A stretch of 64,000 bases of DNA from an uncultured Pseudomonadales bacterium. GTDB lineage: Bacteria; Patescibacteriota; Microgenomatia; UBA1400; PJMF01. The notes beneath the pieces were generated by a model. That model did no database searches. It was given only the letters and a program-made list of their open reading frames with translations, and had not been told where the DNA came from. The stretch is taken from positions 80,040 to 144,039 of the forward strand of contig CAZYNM010000001.1 of the NCBI GenBank assembly GCA_964648715.1, written 5' to 3'. A program made the position numbers and the translations under genes. Below, in pieces: positions 8,238 to 18,076 of this stretch. Each line of letters starts with the position of its first letter. Within the stretch, counting starts at the first letter, position 1.

Positions 8238-8897
8238 ATGCATGTTTATCCAGCAATTTTAAGTGATTCAGTTCATGAAGTTACAGGACAGATTGAGCAA
8301 GCGAGCCACTTGCCCGGGGTTAAGACAGTTCATATTGACGTCATTGATGGAGCATTTGTTGAGAATGTTACCGTTGCACCCCTCGATTTAGCAGATACTG
8401 CATTCACAGACCTCACGGTAGATTTTCACTTGATGGTCGAGGAACCAATAGATTATGTTCTTGAGCTCGCTCCCATCAAAGATACACTGCCTATTCGCGC
8501 AGTCATAGGACAGATTGAACGTATGTCGAGCCAACGGTTTTTTGTAGAAGAAGTGCGAAAACAGGGTTGGAAGTCATTTTTGGCATTGGACTTGTTTACT
8601 CCAGTTGAGGAAATAGATGAAGCTGCATGGACGTATCTTGATGGGGTATTGGTGCTTGCGGTAGAAGCTGGTCGTCAAGGACAGGTCTTTCACCCTGTGG
8701 CTCTTGATAAAGTGAAAGAATTACGCAGGTTGTCTGAGGCAGCACATATGCCTCTAGAGATTATTGTTGATGGTGGAGTAGATGACGGCGTATTAAAACA
8801 CATTCACCAGGCAGGAGCTGATGGTATCGCAGTGGGCAGTAGATTGTGGCGTCACGAACATCCAGAAACTTTTGTGCAAACAGCGGAACAGGTATAA
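8238..8897 (+). CDS. Ribulose-phosphate 3-epimerase family protein (divergent)
   Basis: 219 aa. HIDVIDGAFVENVTVAP and DFHLMVEEP correspond to the Rpe HxDxMDGxFVPN and DVHLMVxxP motifs. Confidence 0.7.
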   Translation: MHVYPAILSDSVHEVTGQIEQASHLPGVKTVHIDVIDGAFVENVTVAPLDLADTAFTDLTVDFHLMVEEPIDYVLELAPIKDTLPIRAVIGQIERMSSQRFFVEEVRKQGWKSFLALDLFTPVEEIDEAAWTYLDGVLVLAVEAGRQGQVFHPVALDKVKELRRLSEAAHMPLEIIVDGGVDDGVLKHIHQAGADGIAVGSRLWRHEHPETFVQTAEQV

Positions 8898-8909
8898 GAA
8901 AGGCAGTAC

Positions 8910-9536
8910 GTGAAAAAAAAGATTACCATACCCAGTGTTAAACGACACTGTACCATAGATAGAGTGGCCATTTTTGGTAGTGCAGATATTGATGAACGCC
9001 ATCCCCTCTATCAAGAGACATTTGTGATAGCTCGCCATTTGGCATACTTGGGAAAAATAGTAGTTGATGGTGGTGGCCCAGGTGTCATGGCTGCTGCAAC
9101 TCTTGGCGCACAGTCGGTGGGAGGTAAAACGATTGCGGTTACCTTTGATCCCACTGATATGCCCGAGTTTGAAGGGCAATATGCCGGCAACAAACCAGAC
9201 CTGGAGATACGAACTGCCAACTATGTGGAGCGTATGTTTGGACTTATGGATCAAGCGGAAGCCTACATCTGTGTCCAAGGTGGCACAGGTACACTCAGCG
9301 AGTGGGCAACAGCCTGGTTACTGGCACACTTACACCACGGCAATCACAAGCCACTTATTTTGTACGGTGCTTTTTGGAAAGATGTGATGCGTGTTATCAA
9401 TGAGAACTTTTTCATTGGAGAGAAAGAGAATGATGTGTATCGGATAGCTACTAATCTTGATGAACTTACAGAAGCATTTAATGCTTTTGAGGCAGAACTG
9501 CGTGAGCGTTGCAACTTGCCACCAGTCGCACCCTAG
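8910..9536 (+). CDS. LOG-family protein (TIGR00730; cytokinin riboside 5'-monophosphate phosphoribohydrolase-like)
   Basis: 208 aa with a GTG start. VAIFGSA, GGGPGVMAAATLGAQSVGGKTIAV, QGGTGTLSEWATAW motifs. Confidence 0.75.
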   Translation: MKKKITIPSVKRHCTIDRVAIFGSADIDERHPLYQETFVIARHLAYLGKIVVDGGGPGVMAAATLGAQSVGGKTIAVTFDPTDMPEFEGQYAGNKPDLEIRTANYVERMFGLMDQAEAYICVQGGTGTLSEWATAWLLAHLHHGNHKPLILYGAFWKDVMRVINENFFIGEKENDVYRIATNLDELTEAFNAFEAELRERCNLPPVAP

Positions 9537-9574
9537 CCGTTCAATCCGTTGCAGCCCTACCAGCTTTGTTCAAA

Positions 9575-10537
9575 ATGCGTTACTATGAAAGTATGCAGGA
9601 TATTATCACCATAGGTTCCGCTATTGTTGATATTTTTGTCACGTCTTCAGCCTTTGAGTTGCAACACACCGCTACTGGTACCAAGCTGTGTCAACTCTAT
9701 GGAGAAAAATTAGATGCAGAATCCTTTGAGCTCCATACAGGTGGGGGTGGCAGTAATACTGCTGTGGCGTTTGCCCGTGCGGGCTTTAGTGTGGCGGTAG
9801 TTACTGAGACCGGCAAAGATGTCTTTTCGCAACTTGTGCTTGAAGATCTGCATAAAGAATATGTCTCTACCAACTTTGTTGTGGAAGAACGCAAGGAACA
9901 GACTGGTGGATCAATTTTATTGGTAGGTAAAGATGGTGGTCGGACAGCACTTGTGCATCGAGGTGCTGCGGCACTGTTAGATCCTCAGGACATTCCACTT
10001 CGAGCTTTGAAACATTCACGGTGGATTCATTTATCAAGTATTGGTGGACGGTCTGCAACGCTCAAAATGATCGCAGAAGCCGTCAAATCACACAATCTAC
10101 ACTTGTCATGGAATCCGGGCAGACATGAACTGGAATTGCTTTTGAGTGGAGAGTTTGTGCTTGAAGATCGTGTCTGTCAGGTATTGTTCCTAAATCAAGA
10201 AGAATGGACACTGGTTGCACCACTCCAGGACTTAATCCGTCGCAGAGTGCCGGAAATTGTGGTGACCAAGGGAAGTGCTGGCGGTGTAGTGTATACAGAT
10301 ACATCTGTAGAAGGAACCTCATTTCCCAGCCGCAACATCGCATCCAAGGATGATACAGGGGCTGGAGATGCATTTGCAGCTGGCTATCTTATTGGTAAAT
10401 TGTCGGGGGTTTCTAGCGCACAAGCAGCTGATTGGGGGGTGAAAAATGCATCATCAGTTATCCAGTACTTTGGTGCTAAACCCGGACTTCTAACCAAGGA
10501 AAAACTTGCAGAAATAGAGAAAATAGGCACACCATGA
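9575..10537 (+). CDS. PfkB-family carbohydrate/nucleoside kinase (ribokinase-like)
   Basis: GGGGSNTAVAFARAGF (GG motif) and DTTGAGDAFAAGYL (DTxGAGD). The track ORF begins at 9509 inside the previous gene; the Met at 9575 (or 9593) is the likely start. Confidence 0.75.
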   Translation: MRYYESMQDIITIGSAIVDIFVTSSAFELQHTATGTKLCQLYGEKLDAESFELHTGGGGSNTAVAFARAGFSVAVVTETGKDVFSQLVLEDLHKEYVSTNFVVEERKEQTGGSILLVGKDGGRTALVHRGAAALLDPQDIPLRALKHSRWIHLSSIGGRSATLKMIAEAVKSHNLHLSWNPGRHELELLLSGEFVLEDRVCQVLFLNQEEWTLVAPLQDLIRRRVPEIVVTKGSAGGVVYTDTSVEGTSFPSRNIASKDDTGAGDAFAAGYLIGKLSGVSSAQAADWGVKNASSVIQYFGAKPGLLTKEKLAEIEKIGTP

Positions 10538-11592
10538 GCGATTACAAACAAGTCCTCGAGCAAGAAATACAGGAACTCAAAAATAAGGTGAGTACTGCCG
10601 TTATTCCTGATGAAATGCGCAGCAAGGTAGACAAAGACATAGTTGCACTTGAACGGTCGGTGGCGCTGGGTAGTTACGACGAGAAATACGAAAAAGTATC
10701 TCGATACATTGAATGGGTTCTTAAAATTCCATGGGAAGTAGAAAGCTCAGATAATCTCGATATTCAGAAAGCGAAGGAAGTTTTTGATAAGCACCATTAC
10801 GGTATGTATGATGTGAAGAATCGCTTTTTGGAGTATATATCTGTCTTGAAGTTACGCAGCGACCAGTTTGGAACTGAAGATTTCCGTGCACCTGTTTTGC
10901 TCTTGGTGGGCTTGGTAGGTACGGGTAAAACGACATTTGCGTATTCGCTTGCTGAAGCATTGGAGCGCAAACTAGTGCGTATTCCCTTTGGTGGTATGGG
11001 TTCATCCGCAGAGCTACGAGGAAGTACTCGCTTGCATCTTGAAACCGAGCCAGGCAGAGTCATTAAAGGCATATGTGAAGCTGGTGCTCGTAATCCTATT
11101 TTTTTGCTTGATGAAATTGATCGTGTAGCCAAGGAAGCCAATAGAGATATCATGGGTGTGCTTGTTGAGTTGTTGGACCCAGCTCAGAATCATGCTTTCC
11201 GTGATGCATACGTGGACTATCCCATTGATTTGTCGCATGCTATTTTCCTTGCTACAGCCAATAATACCGCAGATATTGCTACCGCAGTCATGGATCGTAT
11301 GGAAAAAATAAGCATGCCGTCCTATACTGACCAAGAGAAGATTGTTATTGCTCAACAGTATGTGTTGCCTGACCTGCTCAAAAAAGCAGGTTTGCGACCG
11401 GAACAATTTAAAATGGATGATGACTTGTGGCCACTTATTGTCCGTCCACTAGGGTATGATATGGGAATTCGTACCCTCCAAAGAACACTAGAAGGTGCTG
11501 TACGAAAAGTAGCACGCATTATTGTTGAAAAGGGGTATCCTGAAGTTATTTTGACGAGAGAAAACCGTAAAATCTTCCTGCCCCAGTACTAA
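10534..11592 (+). CDS. Lon-type AAA+ ATPase module without proteolytic domain
   Basis: 352 aa with an ATGA overlap at the start. Collinear with the Lon coiled-coil plus AAA+ region: LLVGLVGTGKTT (Walker A), FLLDEIDRV (Walker B), LDPAQNHAFRDAYVDYPIDLSHAIFLATAN (sensor region). Ends right after the AAA+ alpha subdomain. No Ser-Lys protease domain here or in the next ORF. Confidence 0.75.
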   Translation: MSDYKQVLEQEIQELKNKVSTAVIPDEMRSKVDKDIVALERSVALGSYDEKYEKVSRYIEWVLKIPWEVESSDNLDIQKAKEVFDKHHYGMYDVKNRFLEYISVLKLRSDQFGTEDFRAPVLLLVGLVGTGKTTFAYSLAEALERKLVRIPFGGMGSSAELRGSTRLHLETEPGRVIKGICEAGARNPIFLLDEIDRVAKEANRDIMGVLVELLDPAQNHAFRDAYVDYPIDLSHAIFLATANNTADIATAVMDRMEKISMPSYTDQEKIVIAQQYVLPDLLKKAGLRPEQFKMDDDLWPLIVRPLGYDMGIRTLQRTLEGAVRKVARIIVEKGYPEVILTRENRKIFLPQY

Positions 11593-11600
11593 AGGAAGAC

Positions 11601-12401
11601 ATGAGTATACTTTTATTTATCATTCCGATGCTGGCTGTAGCCAGTGCTGTCTTGTTGTACCGCCATGACGGGAAAAAAGAGTTTCTTAAGTTCGATTTAG
11701 TCCAGTTCTCATACGCCTTTATCATTGCACCATTTCTCTTTATTTGGCTTAAGACGTTTGTATACTTTTTGCTCCGTACAGAGCTTGGTTCACGAGTTAC
11801 TGCGGGGGAGCTATTTGTTGCGGATACTGTTTTGAGTGTCTTATGTTTTTATATCTTCAGTTTCGTGGTCATTCACTCACTCACAGCAAGCTTTAATCGA
11901 AGGGTGATGAGTGATCCACTTCACGACTTGTTCGCGCACTCAGAATTCTTTCACTTGTGGTTAAGTCACTTGGTTATGTATGTTGGTGCCATGTTGTTGC
12001 TTACAGTAGTATCACTGGTAAATGTCTATCTTCCACTCAATATTGAACATATACGTAGTGGGTTACTCTTTTTATGTGCGGCGGGTATTGTGACAGGTAT
12101 TTTTTCCTTTTTATCACTGTTGCTCTCTGATCCCAAACAGGAGGGAGCTAACTTTACTAGACTCATCAAGCTTTTTTTTGGTTTCTTCTTTGTGGTCCAT
12201 GGTGTGGTCTATTTTTGGTTTACCCCCGATTTTAATTTGCAAAGGGGCCTCTATTGGTGGAGCTTTATGGTCTTCACTACGCTGGTAACCTGTTCACTCT
12301 TCTGGTATAAGTCTGAGCGAGCGCAAAGTTTTTTTGAAAAAATAAGTAGTAAATTACGCACAAAAAACTGGGGGATGAATATCCAGTTGTTTAAGGACTA
12401 G
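11601..12401 (+). CDS. Hypothetical polytopic membrane protein
   Basis: 266 aa with ~7 predicted TM helices. No catalytic motifs seen. Confidence 0.5.
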   Translation: MSILLFIIPMLAVASAVLLYRHDGKKEFLKFDLVQFSYAFIIAPFLFIWLKTFVYFLLRTELGSRVTAGELFVADTVLSVLCFYIFSFVVIHSLTASFNRRVMSDPLHDLFAHSEFFHLWLSHLVMYVGAMLLLTVVSLVNVYLPLNIEHIRSGLLFLCAAGIVTGIFSFLSLLLSDPKQEGANFTRLIKLFFGFFFVVHGVVYFWFTPDFNLQRGLYWWSFMVFTTLVTCSLFWYKSERAQSFFEKISSKLRTKNWGMNIQLFKD

Positions 12402-12402
12402 T

Positions 12403-14064
12403 ATGTCTACACTCAAAATGGTAGCACTTGGTGGTATGGGTAGTGTCACCCAAAATATGTTTGTCTACGAATATGAAGACGAGATTTTATTAGTAGATTG
12501 TGGGATTGGGTTTCCCGATTCCTATATGCCCGGGGTCGACGTCCTTATTCCAGATATTCGTTACTTGCTCAGTGAACTTGAACAAGGGAAACGAATTGTA
12601 GGTTTGGTGTTTAGTCACGGTCATGATGACCACATTGCTGCAGCACCGTATATTTTGCAGTATCTTCCCGAGTTTCCATTGTATGGTTCACCTCTCACTG
12701 CTCGCTTTGCAGAGGGGAGAATGAGCGATGGAGGCATTAACCGTGAAGTAAAGATGGTTACTACTTCAGAAGTTATTAAGATAAGTGAGTATTTTAGTTT
12801 CCAACTTATCCCCGTTACTCACTCTGTCCCTGACACTAGACATGTGGTGATCAGAACGCCAGAAGGAATTATTTATCATGGCAGCGACTTTAAGCTTGAT
12901 GCATCTCCAGTCGATGGCGTCAAAACTGATGAAGAAGCTATTCGCGCAATTGGTAATGAAGGTGTACTCTGCATGAATATAGATAGTTTACGGGTGGAGC
13001 GGACAGAAAAGACCCCAAGTGAAGCAGCAGTGGGTCCTATCCTTTTGCGCTTGATGAAGGGTACCACCGGTAAGCACATTGTTACTTTGATGAGTTCTCA
13101 CATTCACCGTATCCAGCAAGTTGTTGATGCAGCAGAGCAGCTGGGTCGTCGGGTGGTCTTTATTGGCCGATCGGTAGAACAAAACGTAAAAGCAGCAGTT
13201 GATCTCAAAAAACTGCACCTAAAGCCAGGTACCATGGTAGACAAAAAAGATATGGGTGACTACCCAGATTCAGAACTGTGTGTCATTGTGGCGGGAAGTC
13301 AGGGCCAAGAGGGATCGTCTCTAGTGCGAGCTGCATTTGGCGAGCATCCTGTGCTGCAAATAAAACCATCAGATACAGTGGTCTTTTCTGCCGACGTCAT
13401 CCCGGGGAATGAGTTAGGCTACTATGCTGCCATTGATGAACTCTTCAAAAATGGTGTGCATGTACTCTATCCAGATATTGAACCACAGATTCATAGTTCA
13501 GGACATGCCAGCCGGCCAGAACAATTTGAAGTGCTTAAGTGGGTTCACCCACGCTATGTTCTGCCTATTGGAGGTGCAGATCGTCATCGTTACCTCTTTA
13601 ATCAAGCAGTTGTTGAAGCACAGATTGTGGAGCCCGAGCAAGTGCTCCTTCCCAACTCTGGAGAGATTATTGGTTTCTCACAAGGTGCTGTACGCAGCGT
13701 TGATACGTTGACCCTTCAGCCACAGGTGGTTGATGGATTGGGTGTTGGTGATGTGGGGCCAGTGGTGTTATCTGACCGTCGAGCGCTCTCACAAGCGGGT
13801 ATGGTTGTGGTAGTTATACCTCGCAATCATCATGAGTACTTACTCAAAGAAATGACCGTGGTTTCCAGAGGTTTTATCTTTATGCGAGAAGCACAAGAGG
13901 TCATTGAGTTCATGAAGCAGACAGTCGCAGAAATTATCGCTGAACAAGGTGATGCACTGAAGGATGATGAACTGAAAAAAACGATTGAACGCAGACTGGC
14001 TCGTAAACTCTATAAAATTATCAAACGAGAGCCACTCATTGTAGCTGTCATACTAGATGTATAG
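12403..14064 (+). CDS. rnj: Ribonuclease J (metallo-beta-lactamase/beta-CASP RNase)
   Basis: 553 aa. VFSHGHDDHIAAAP (HxHxDH) and collinear RNase J architecture. Confidence 0.85.
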   Translation: MSTLKMVALGGMGSVTQNMFVYEYEDEILLVDCGIGFPDSYMPGVDVLIPDIRYLLSELEQGKRIVGLVFSHGHDDHIAAAPYILQYLPEFPLYGSPLTARFAEGRMSDGGINREVKMVTTSEVIKISEYFSFQLIPVTHSVPDTRHVVIRTPEGIIYHGSDFKLDASPVDGVKTDEEAIRAIGNEGVLCMNIDSLRVERTEKTPSEAAVGPILLRLMKGTTGKHIVTLMSSHIHRIQQVVDAAEQLGRRVVFIGRSVEQNVKAAVDLKKLHLKPGTMVDKKDMGDYPDSELCVIVAGSQGQEGSSLVRAAFGEHPVLQIKPSDTVVFSADVIPGNELGYYAAIDELFKNGVHVLYPDIEPQIHSSGHASRPEQFEVLKWVHPRYVLPIGGADRHRYLFNQAVVEAQIVEPEQVLLPNSGEIIGFSQGAVRSVDTLTLQPQVVDGLGVGDVGPVVLSDRRALSQAGMVVVVIPRNHHEYLLKEMTVVSRGFIFMREAQEVIEFMKQTVAEIIAEQGDALKDDELKKTIERRLARKLYKIIKREPLIVAVILDV

Positions 14065-14134
14065 GAGCATAGGCTTTTTTACCTCTTGCAGATGAGGGTA
14101 AAAATATGATATATCCTATAATGTTTATAAAAAT

Positions 14135-16303
14135 ATGCCGCGCAGAAAAAAGAATCCATTAGCTTTACACGTTCGCATGGAAACTATTCATTCTATTGTC
14201 GCACTGATTTTTATTGCACTTGGTGTACTGGTGATTGTGTCTTTTACGGGCCAAGGAATGTGGCTGCAAAGTGTAAACGCCTTCTTGTCACAGTATTTTG
14301 GCATCTCTACGTTATTGCTGCCTTTTGTGTGTATCGCGGCTGGGCTTGTTTTGTTCAGGACCAAATGGTCATGGTCTCAGCCCCATGTGCTGCTCGGGTC
14401 AGTATTCATTTTGTTTGGGGTGATGGGTCTTTTGAGAACTGGCTCAATTGGGGAGCAAACATTTGTTAATTTAAGCCAGCTTATTACACCCGTTGGGTCA
14501 GGAGTTGTGTTTGTGTCTGTGCTGTCTGCAGGAATACTAATTATGTCTCAGATGTCCATGGCAGAAGTGCTTGAATTTATTGCGAGTAAACAGCCGGAGT
14601 CCAAATCCGACCTGGAAGAGAAACATGAGGAAGAAAAAGATACCGATACACAATCATTCTTCAAACTGCCTTCGCTTTCCTTGCCTTTTGGTAAAAAGAA
14701 GGGGTTCGATATTAATACGGGTCAACAAGAAGAAGTTGAAGAAGAAGATGCGCCTCTTGCTGTCCCACAAGGCTCTTCACAGACATTGGATCTTAAAAAA
14801 CTTAGTTCTGCTCCGCATCCAAGTCAAGAACTTAAGGATGGTCTCACTCCTACCACTGCAAACATGATCTGGGAGTATCCACCACTGAGTCTATTAGATG
14901 AATCAGAAGGTGGTGAGGCAGATCGTGGTGATGTTAAGAAAAACGCTCAAACCATTGAGGGTACGCTTGACTCATTTGGCATTAAAGCAGAAGTTAAGGA
15001 AGTAAACTATGGCCCGTCAGTTACGCAGTATGCGCTTGAGATAGCTCGAGGGACGAAGCTGTCACGTATCACAGGTTTAGCAACAGATCTAGCATTGGCT
15101 TTGGCTGCTCCTACTGGACAGATACGTATTGAAGCGCCTATCGCAGGTCGAGCCTTGGTGGGTGTTGAAGTACCCAACTATTCTGCACAGTATGTTACGC
15201 TGCGCAAGCTCCTTTCATCTCCTATCATGAAAAAACATCCTTCCAAACTAGCTACAGCATTGGGTATTAATGTCTCTGGGCAGCCGGTAGTGATGGACAT
15301 TGCCAAGATGCCACACTTGCTTATAGCAGGTGCAACGGGTTCAGGTAAATCAGTTGCGATTAACACATTTATGTGTTCAATGCTGTTTCGAGCCAGTCCT
15401 AGTGAGGTTAAGCTCATACTTGTAGACCCCAAACGTGTCGAATTGACTGGGTATAACGACATTCCACACTTACTTACTCCCGTGATCGTTGAGACGAAAA
15501 AAGTCGTTTCAGCACTCAAATGGGCAACGGCCGAAATGGATTCGCGGTATAAACGGCTTGCTGAAGTCGGTGTTAAAAACATTACTGGGTATAATGAACT
15601 GGCTGGACACACTGCCATGCCCAGTATTGTCATCGTCATAGATGAGCTGGCAGATGTGATGTTATTTGCTCCTGCAGAAGTAGAAGAGTGTATCACTCGT
15701 ATTGCTCAAATGGCTCGTGCTGTTGGTATTCACTTGGTGTTGGCAACACAGCGTCCATCTGTTGATGTGTTGACGGGCTTAATCAAGGCGAATATTCCTG
15801 GACGTATTGCCTTTAACGTGTCTTCTATGATGGATTCTCGTGTTATTCTGGATACTCCAGGAGCTGAGAAACTGCTTGGACGAGGCGACATGCTTTTTAT
15901 TCCTCCTGATCAAGCTAAAGCACAACGCATACAAGGCACATACGTTTCAGACAAAGAAATAGGTAAACTTATACAATATATCAAGTCACAAGGTCACCAG
16001 CCACAATATGAAGATGAAATTACGACTAAATATAAGGCCAATGTAGCTGGGGGAGATCGTTCTGGAGATGGAGAAGACAAAGACCCATTATTCATAGAAG
16101 CTGCTCAATTTGTTGCAGCTGAAGGCAAGGGATCATCCTCACTCATCCAGCGTCGATTCTCTGTGGGATACAATAGAGCGGCCCGCATTCTTGATCAACT
16201 CTATGCTACTGGCATGGTGGGTCCAGCTGATGGGAGTAAGCCTCGAGAAGTGTATACTGCCAAAGTGATGGAGTTCTTACGCACCGCCGAGCAGAATGGC
16301 TAA
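14135..16303 (+). CDS. ftsK: DNA translocase FtsK/SpoIIIE
   Basis: 722 aa. N-terminal TM helices, GATGSGKSVAINT Walker A, VIVIDELAD Walker B, C-terminal gamma (winged-helix) domain SSLIQRRFSVGYNRAARILDQL. Confidence 0.9.
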   Translation: MPRRKKNPLALHVRMETIHSIVALIFIALGVLVIVSFTGQGMWLQSVNAFLSQYFGISTLLLPFVCIAAGLVLFRTKWSWSQPHVLLGSVFILFGVMGLLRTGSIGEQTFVNLSQLITPVGSGVVFVSVLSAGILIMSQMSMAEVLEFIASKQPESKSDLEEKHEEEKDTDTQSFFKLPSLSLPFGKKKGFDINTGQQEEVEEEDAPLAVPQGSSQTLDLKKLSSAPHPSQELKDGLTPTTANMIWEYPPLSLLDESEGGEADRGDVKKNAQTIEGTLDSFGIKAEVKEVNYGPSVTQYALEIARGTKLSRITGLATDLALALAAPTGQIRIEAPIAGRALVGVEVPNYSAQYVTLRKLLSSPIMKKHPSKLATALGINVSGQPVVMDIAKMPHLLIAGATGSGKSVAINTFMCSMLFRASPSEVKLILVDPKRVELTGYNDIPHLLTPVIVETKKVVSALKWATAEMDSRYKRLAEVGVKNITGYNELAGHTAMPSIVIVIDELADVMLFAPAEVEECITRIAQMARAVGIHLVLATQRPSVDVLTGLIKANIPGRIAFNVSSMMDSRVILDTPGAEKLLGRGDMLFIPPDQAKAQRIQGTYVSDKEIGKLIQYIKSQGHQPQYEDEITTKYKANVAGGDRSGDGEDKDPLFIEAAQFVAAEGKGSSSLIQRRFSVGYNRAARILDQLYATGMVGPADGSKPREVYTAKVMEFLRTAEQNG

Positions 16304-16352
16304 TCAGAGTAAACTATGCTACGATGAATAGTGTAGTATCCACAAGGATCCC

Positions 16353-17288
16353 ATGAACAAAAAACTTGTTTTTAGCGTACTTGCGCTCTCAATTGTAGCT
16401 GCACTACTAACCATTGCTCAAGGTTCTCCAATGATGAGAGATACTGATGCAGTCTCTGTGGCCTCAGAGCCGAGTATGGGAATGAAAGGCATGGCGATAG
16501 AAGGTGCACCAGCTCCAATGGGCTACAGCACTGAGCAATCACTACCAGTTATGGCCAAGGGTGGCATGATGATTGATTCCTATATGCCATACCCAGGAAA
16601 CAGTGGTGATGCTCTCACTGTTACCGATCGTGTTCAAGAAAAGTATGCTTATCAAGGTGTCGTAGTTCGAGATGTCCCAGCATACCTCAAAGAGATGAAA
16701 GCATATCTTACAACAGTGGGTGGTCGAGTGCTTTCTGCGTCTCAACAAACCTCTCGTGGTATGACCTATGGAACACTTTTGGCTAAGGTTCCAGTAGAAA
16801 GTTTTGACAAAGTCACTACAGAAACAACCGCTCGAGTAGAAAAAGTTGCTGACGAATCTATCAATGCTCAAGACGTAACGGGTCAGCAAGTTTCCCTTGA
16901 TGATCGCACTGAAGAACTGAAAAAATTAATTGTGGAAAAACAAACGCAAATAGCCGCAGCTCGAACTGATGCAGAGAAGAAACGCATCCAATATGAGCTT
17001 GATAGTTTGCAAAAGCAAGTGCAAATGTTGGAGAAGTCTCGCGCACAATTTCAGGAGAGAGTGCAGTTCGCCACTGTTAGCTTAACCGCAGCAGACACAG
17101 TACGTTTCTTTGACCCCACTGCAGATTTGTCACTGTGGGATGAGACCAAAGAAGCAATTCGTTCAATGGGCGGAGTATCTGCAGTGTTTGTTCGCTTTGC
17201 TATTTGGATTGTAGTGTATGCAGTTATCTGGCTTCCACTTCTTTTGGGTGCTCGCTTTGTGTGGAATCGGCTGTCCCACAAAGTCTAG
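16353..17288 (+). CDS. Hypothetical secreted/membrane protein with coiled-coil region
   Basis: 311 aa. Signal peptide/TM MNKKLVFSVLALSIVAALLTIAQG, central K/E/Q-rich heptad region, C-terminal TM. Confidence 0.5.
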   Translation: MNKKLVFSVLALSIVAALLTIAQGSPMMRDTDAVSVASEPSMGMKGMAIEGAPAPMGYSTEQSLPVMAKGGMMIDSYMPYPGNSGDALTVTDRVQEKYAYQGVVVRDVPAYLKEMKAYLTTVGGRVLSASQQTSRGMTYGTLLAKVPVESFDKVTTETTARVEKVADESINAQDVTGQQVSLDDRTEELKKLIVEKQTQIAAARTDAEKKRIQYELDSLQKQVQMLEKSRAQFQERVQFATVSLTAADTVRFFDPTADLSLWDETKEAIRSMGGVSAVFVRFAIWIVVYAVIWLPLLLGARFVWNRLSHKV

Positions 17289-18033
17289 CACTGAGCTGAT
17301 ACATCTTTTGGAGGTGCAGCTGTTGTGATGGCTCGCTACTGTACAGTTGTGTTTGCTGTTTGCACTCTAGAGCTCTATTGTTTTTTGAAAAAACTGCATG
17401 GCATCTATTAATGATGCCTTGTTGTGGCTCAAGTATTTTAGTTGCTTGCCTGCAGCGAGCAGCAATGAGATTTGTCACAAAAGAAAAGTGAGTACACCCT
17501 ATTACCACAGCTTGTATATCTGCTGCATATGGCTTAATCATGCGGTCCAGCTCTTTTGTACACGCCGTACTATCCTGAATCTCAATGCATTTGACCAATT
17601 CAGTACTTCCCTCCAGAAAAAACGAAAGACTCGAACCAGTCAATTGTATAAGCTGGTGAAGGTAGGGACTTTGCACAGTATTTTTTGTTGCAAGCACTAA
17701 CACTTTACTGCCGGTGGGAAGGCTATCTGCAGCAACTTTAACTGGCGGAACCGTACCAATGATACTCAATGTGGGGAACAACTGACGTACATGTGAAATG
17801 CTTGTAACGGTAAGTGTATTACATGCAATCACTATATGATCGCATCCATGCTCTTGGGTTAGTTTTGTGATGAGATGTACGGCTCTTTCTTGTAAGATAG
17901 GTACTGGTTTCTCTGAGTAAGGAGCAAATGCATAATCAGCATAGTACACAAAACCTATGCCAGGAAAAGCATGCTCTAAAGCACGAAGTATAGAAATACC
18001 ACCACAACCTGAATCAAGTACACCTACCCTCAT
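17224..18033 (-). CDS. murI: Glutamate racemase
   Basis: 269 aa. GVLDSGCGGISIL and IVIACNTLT conserved Cys motifs. 3' end convergently overlaps the previous gene by ~65 nt. Confidence 0.8.
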   Translation of the reverse strand: MRVGVLDSGCGGISILRALEHAFPGIGFVYYADYAFAPYSEKPVPILQERAVHLITKLTQEHGCDHIVIACNTLTVTSISHVRQLFPTLSIIGTVPPVKVAADSLPTGSKVLVLATKNTVQSPYLHQLIQLTGSSLSFFLEGSTELVKCIEIQDSTACTKELDRMIKPYAADIQAVVIGCTHFSFVTNLIAARCRQATKILEPQQGIINRCHAVFSKNNRALECKQQTQLYSSEPSQQLHLQKMYQLSARLCGTADSTQSEHPKEVEAR

Positions 18034-18076
18034 TTTGCCTTTCTCGAGTGACTATTGTATACTATCATGATCACGT

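Noticed and set aside
10534-11592. Interpreting the Lon-like gene as a pseudogene fragment
   Set aside because: The ORF is intact and translationally coupled to the upstream gene, and it ends at a natural domain boundary. It is kept as a real truncated-architecture gene but flagged in findings.
17398-17700. 100-aa plus-strand ORF inside murI
   Set aside because: It is antisense to murI, which has clear conserved motifs.
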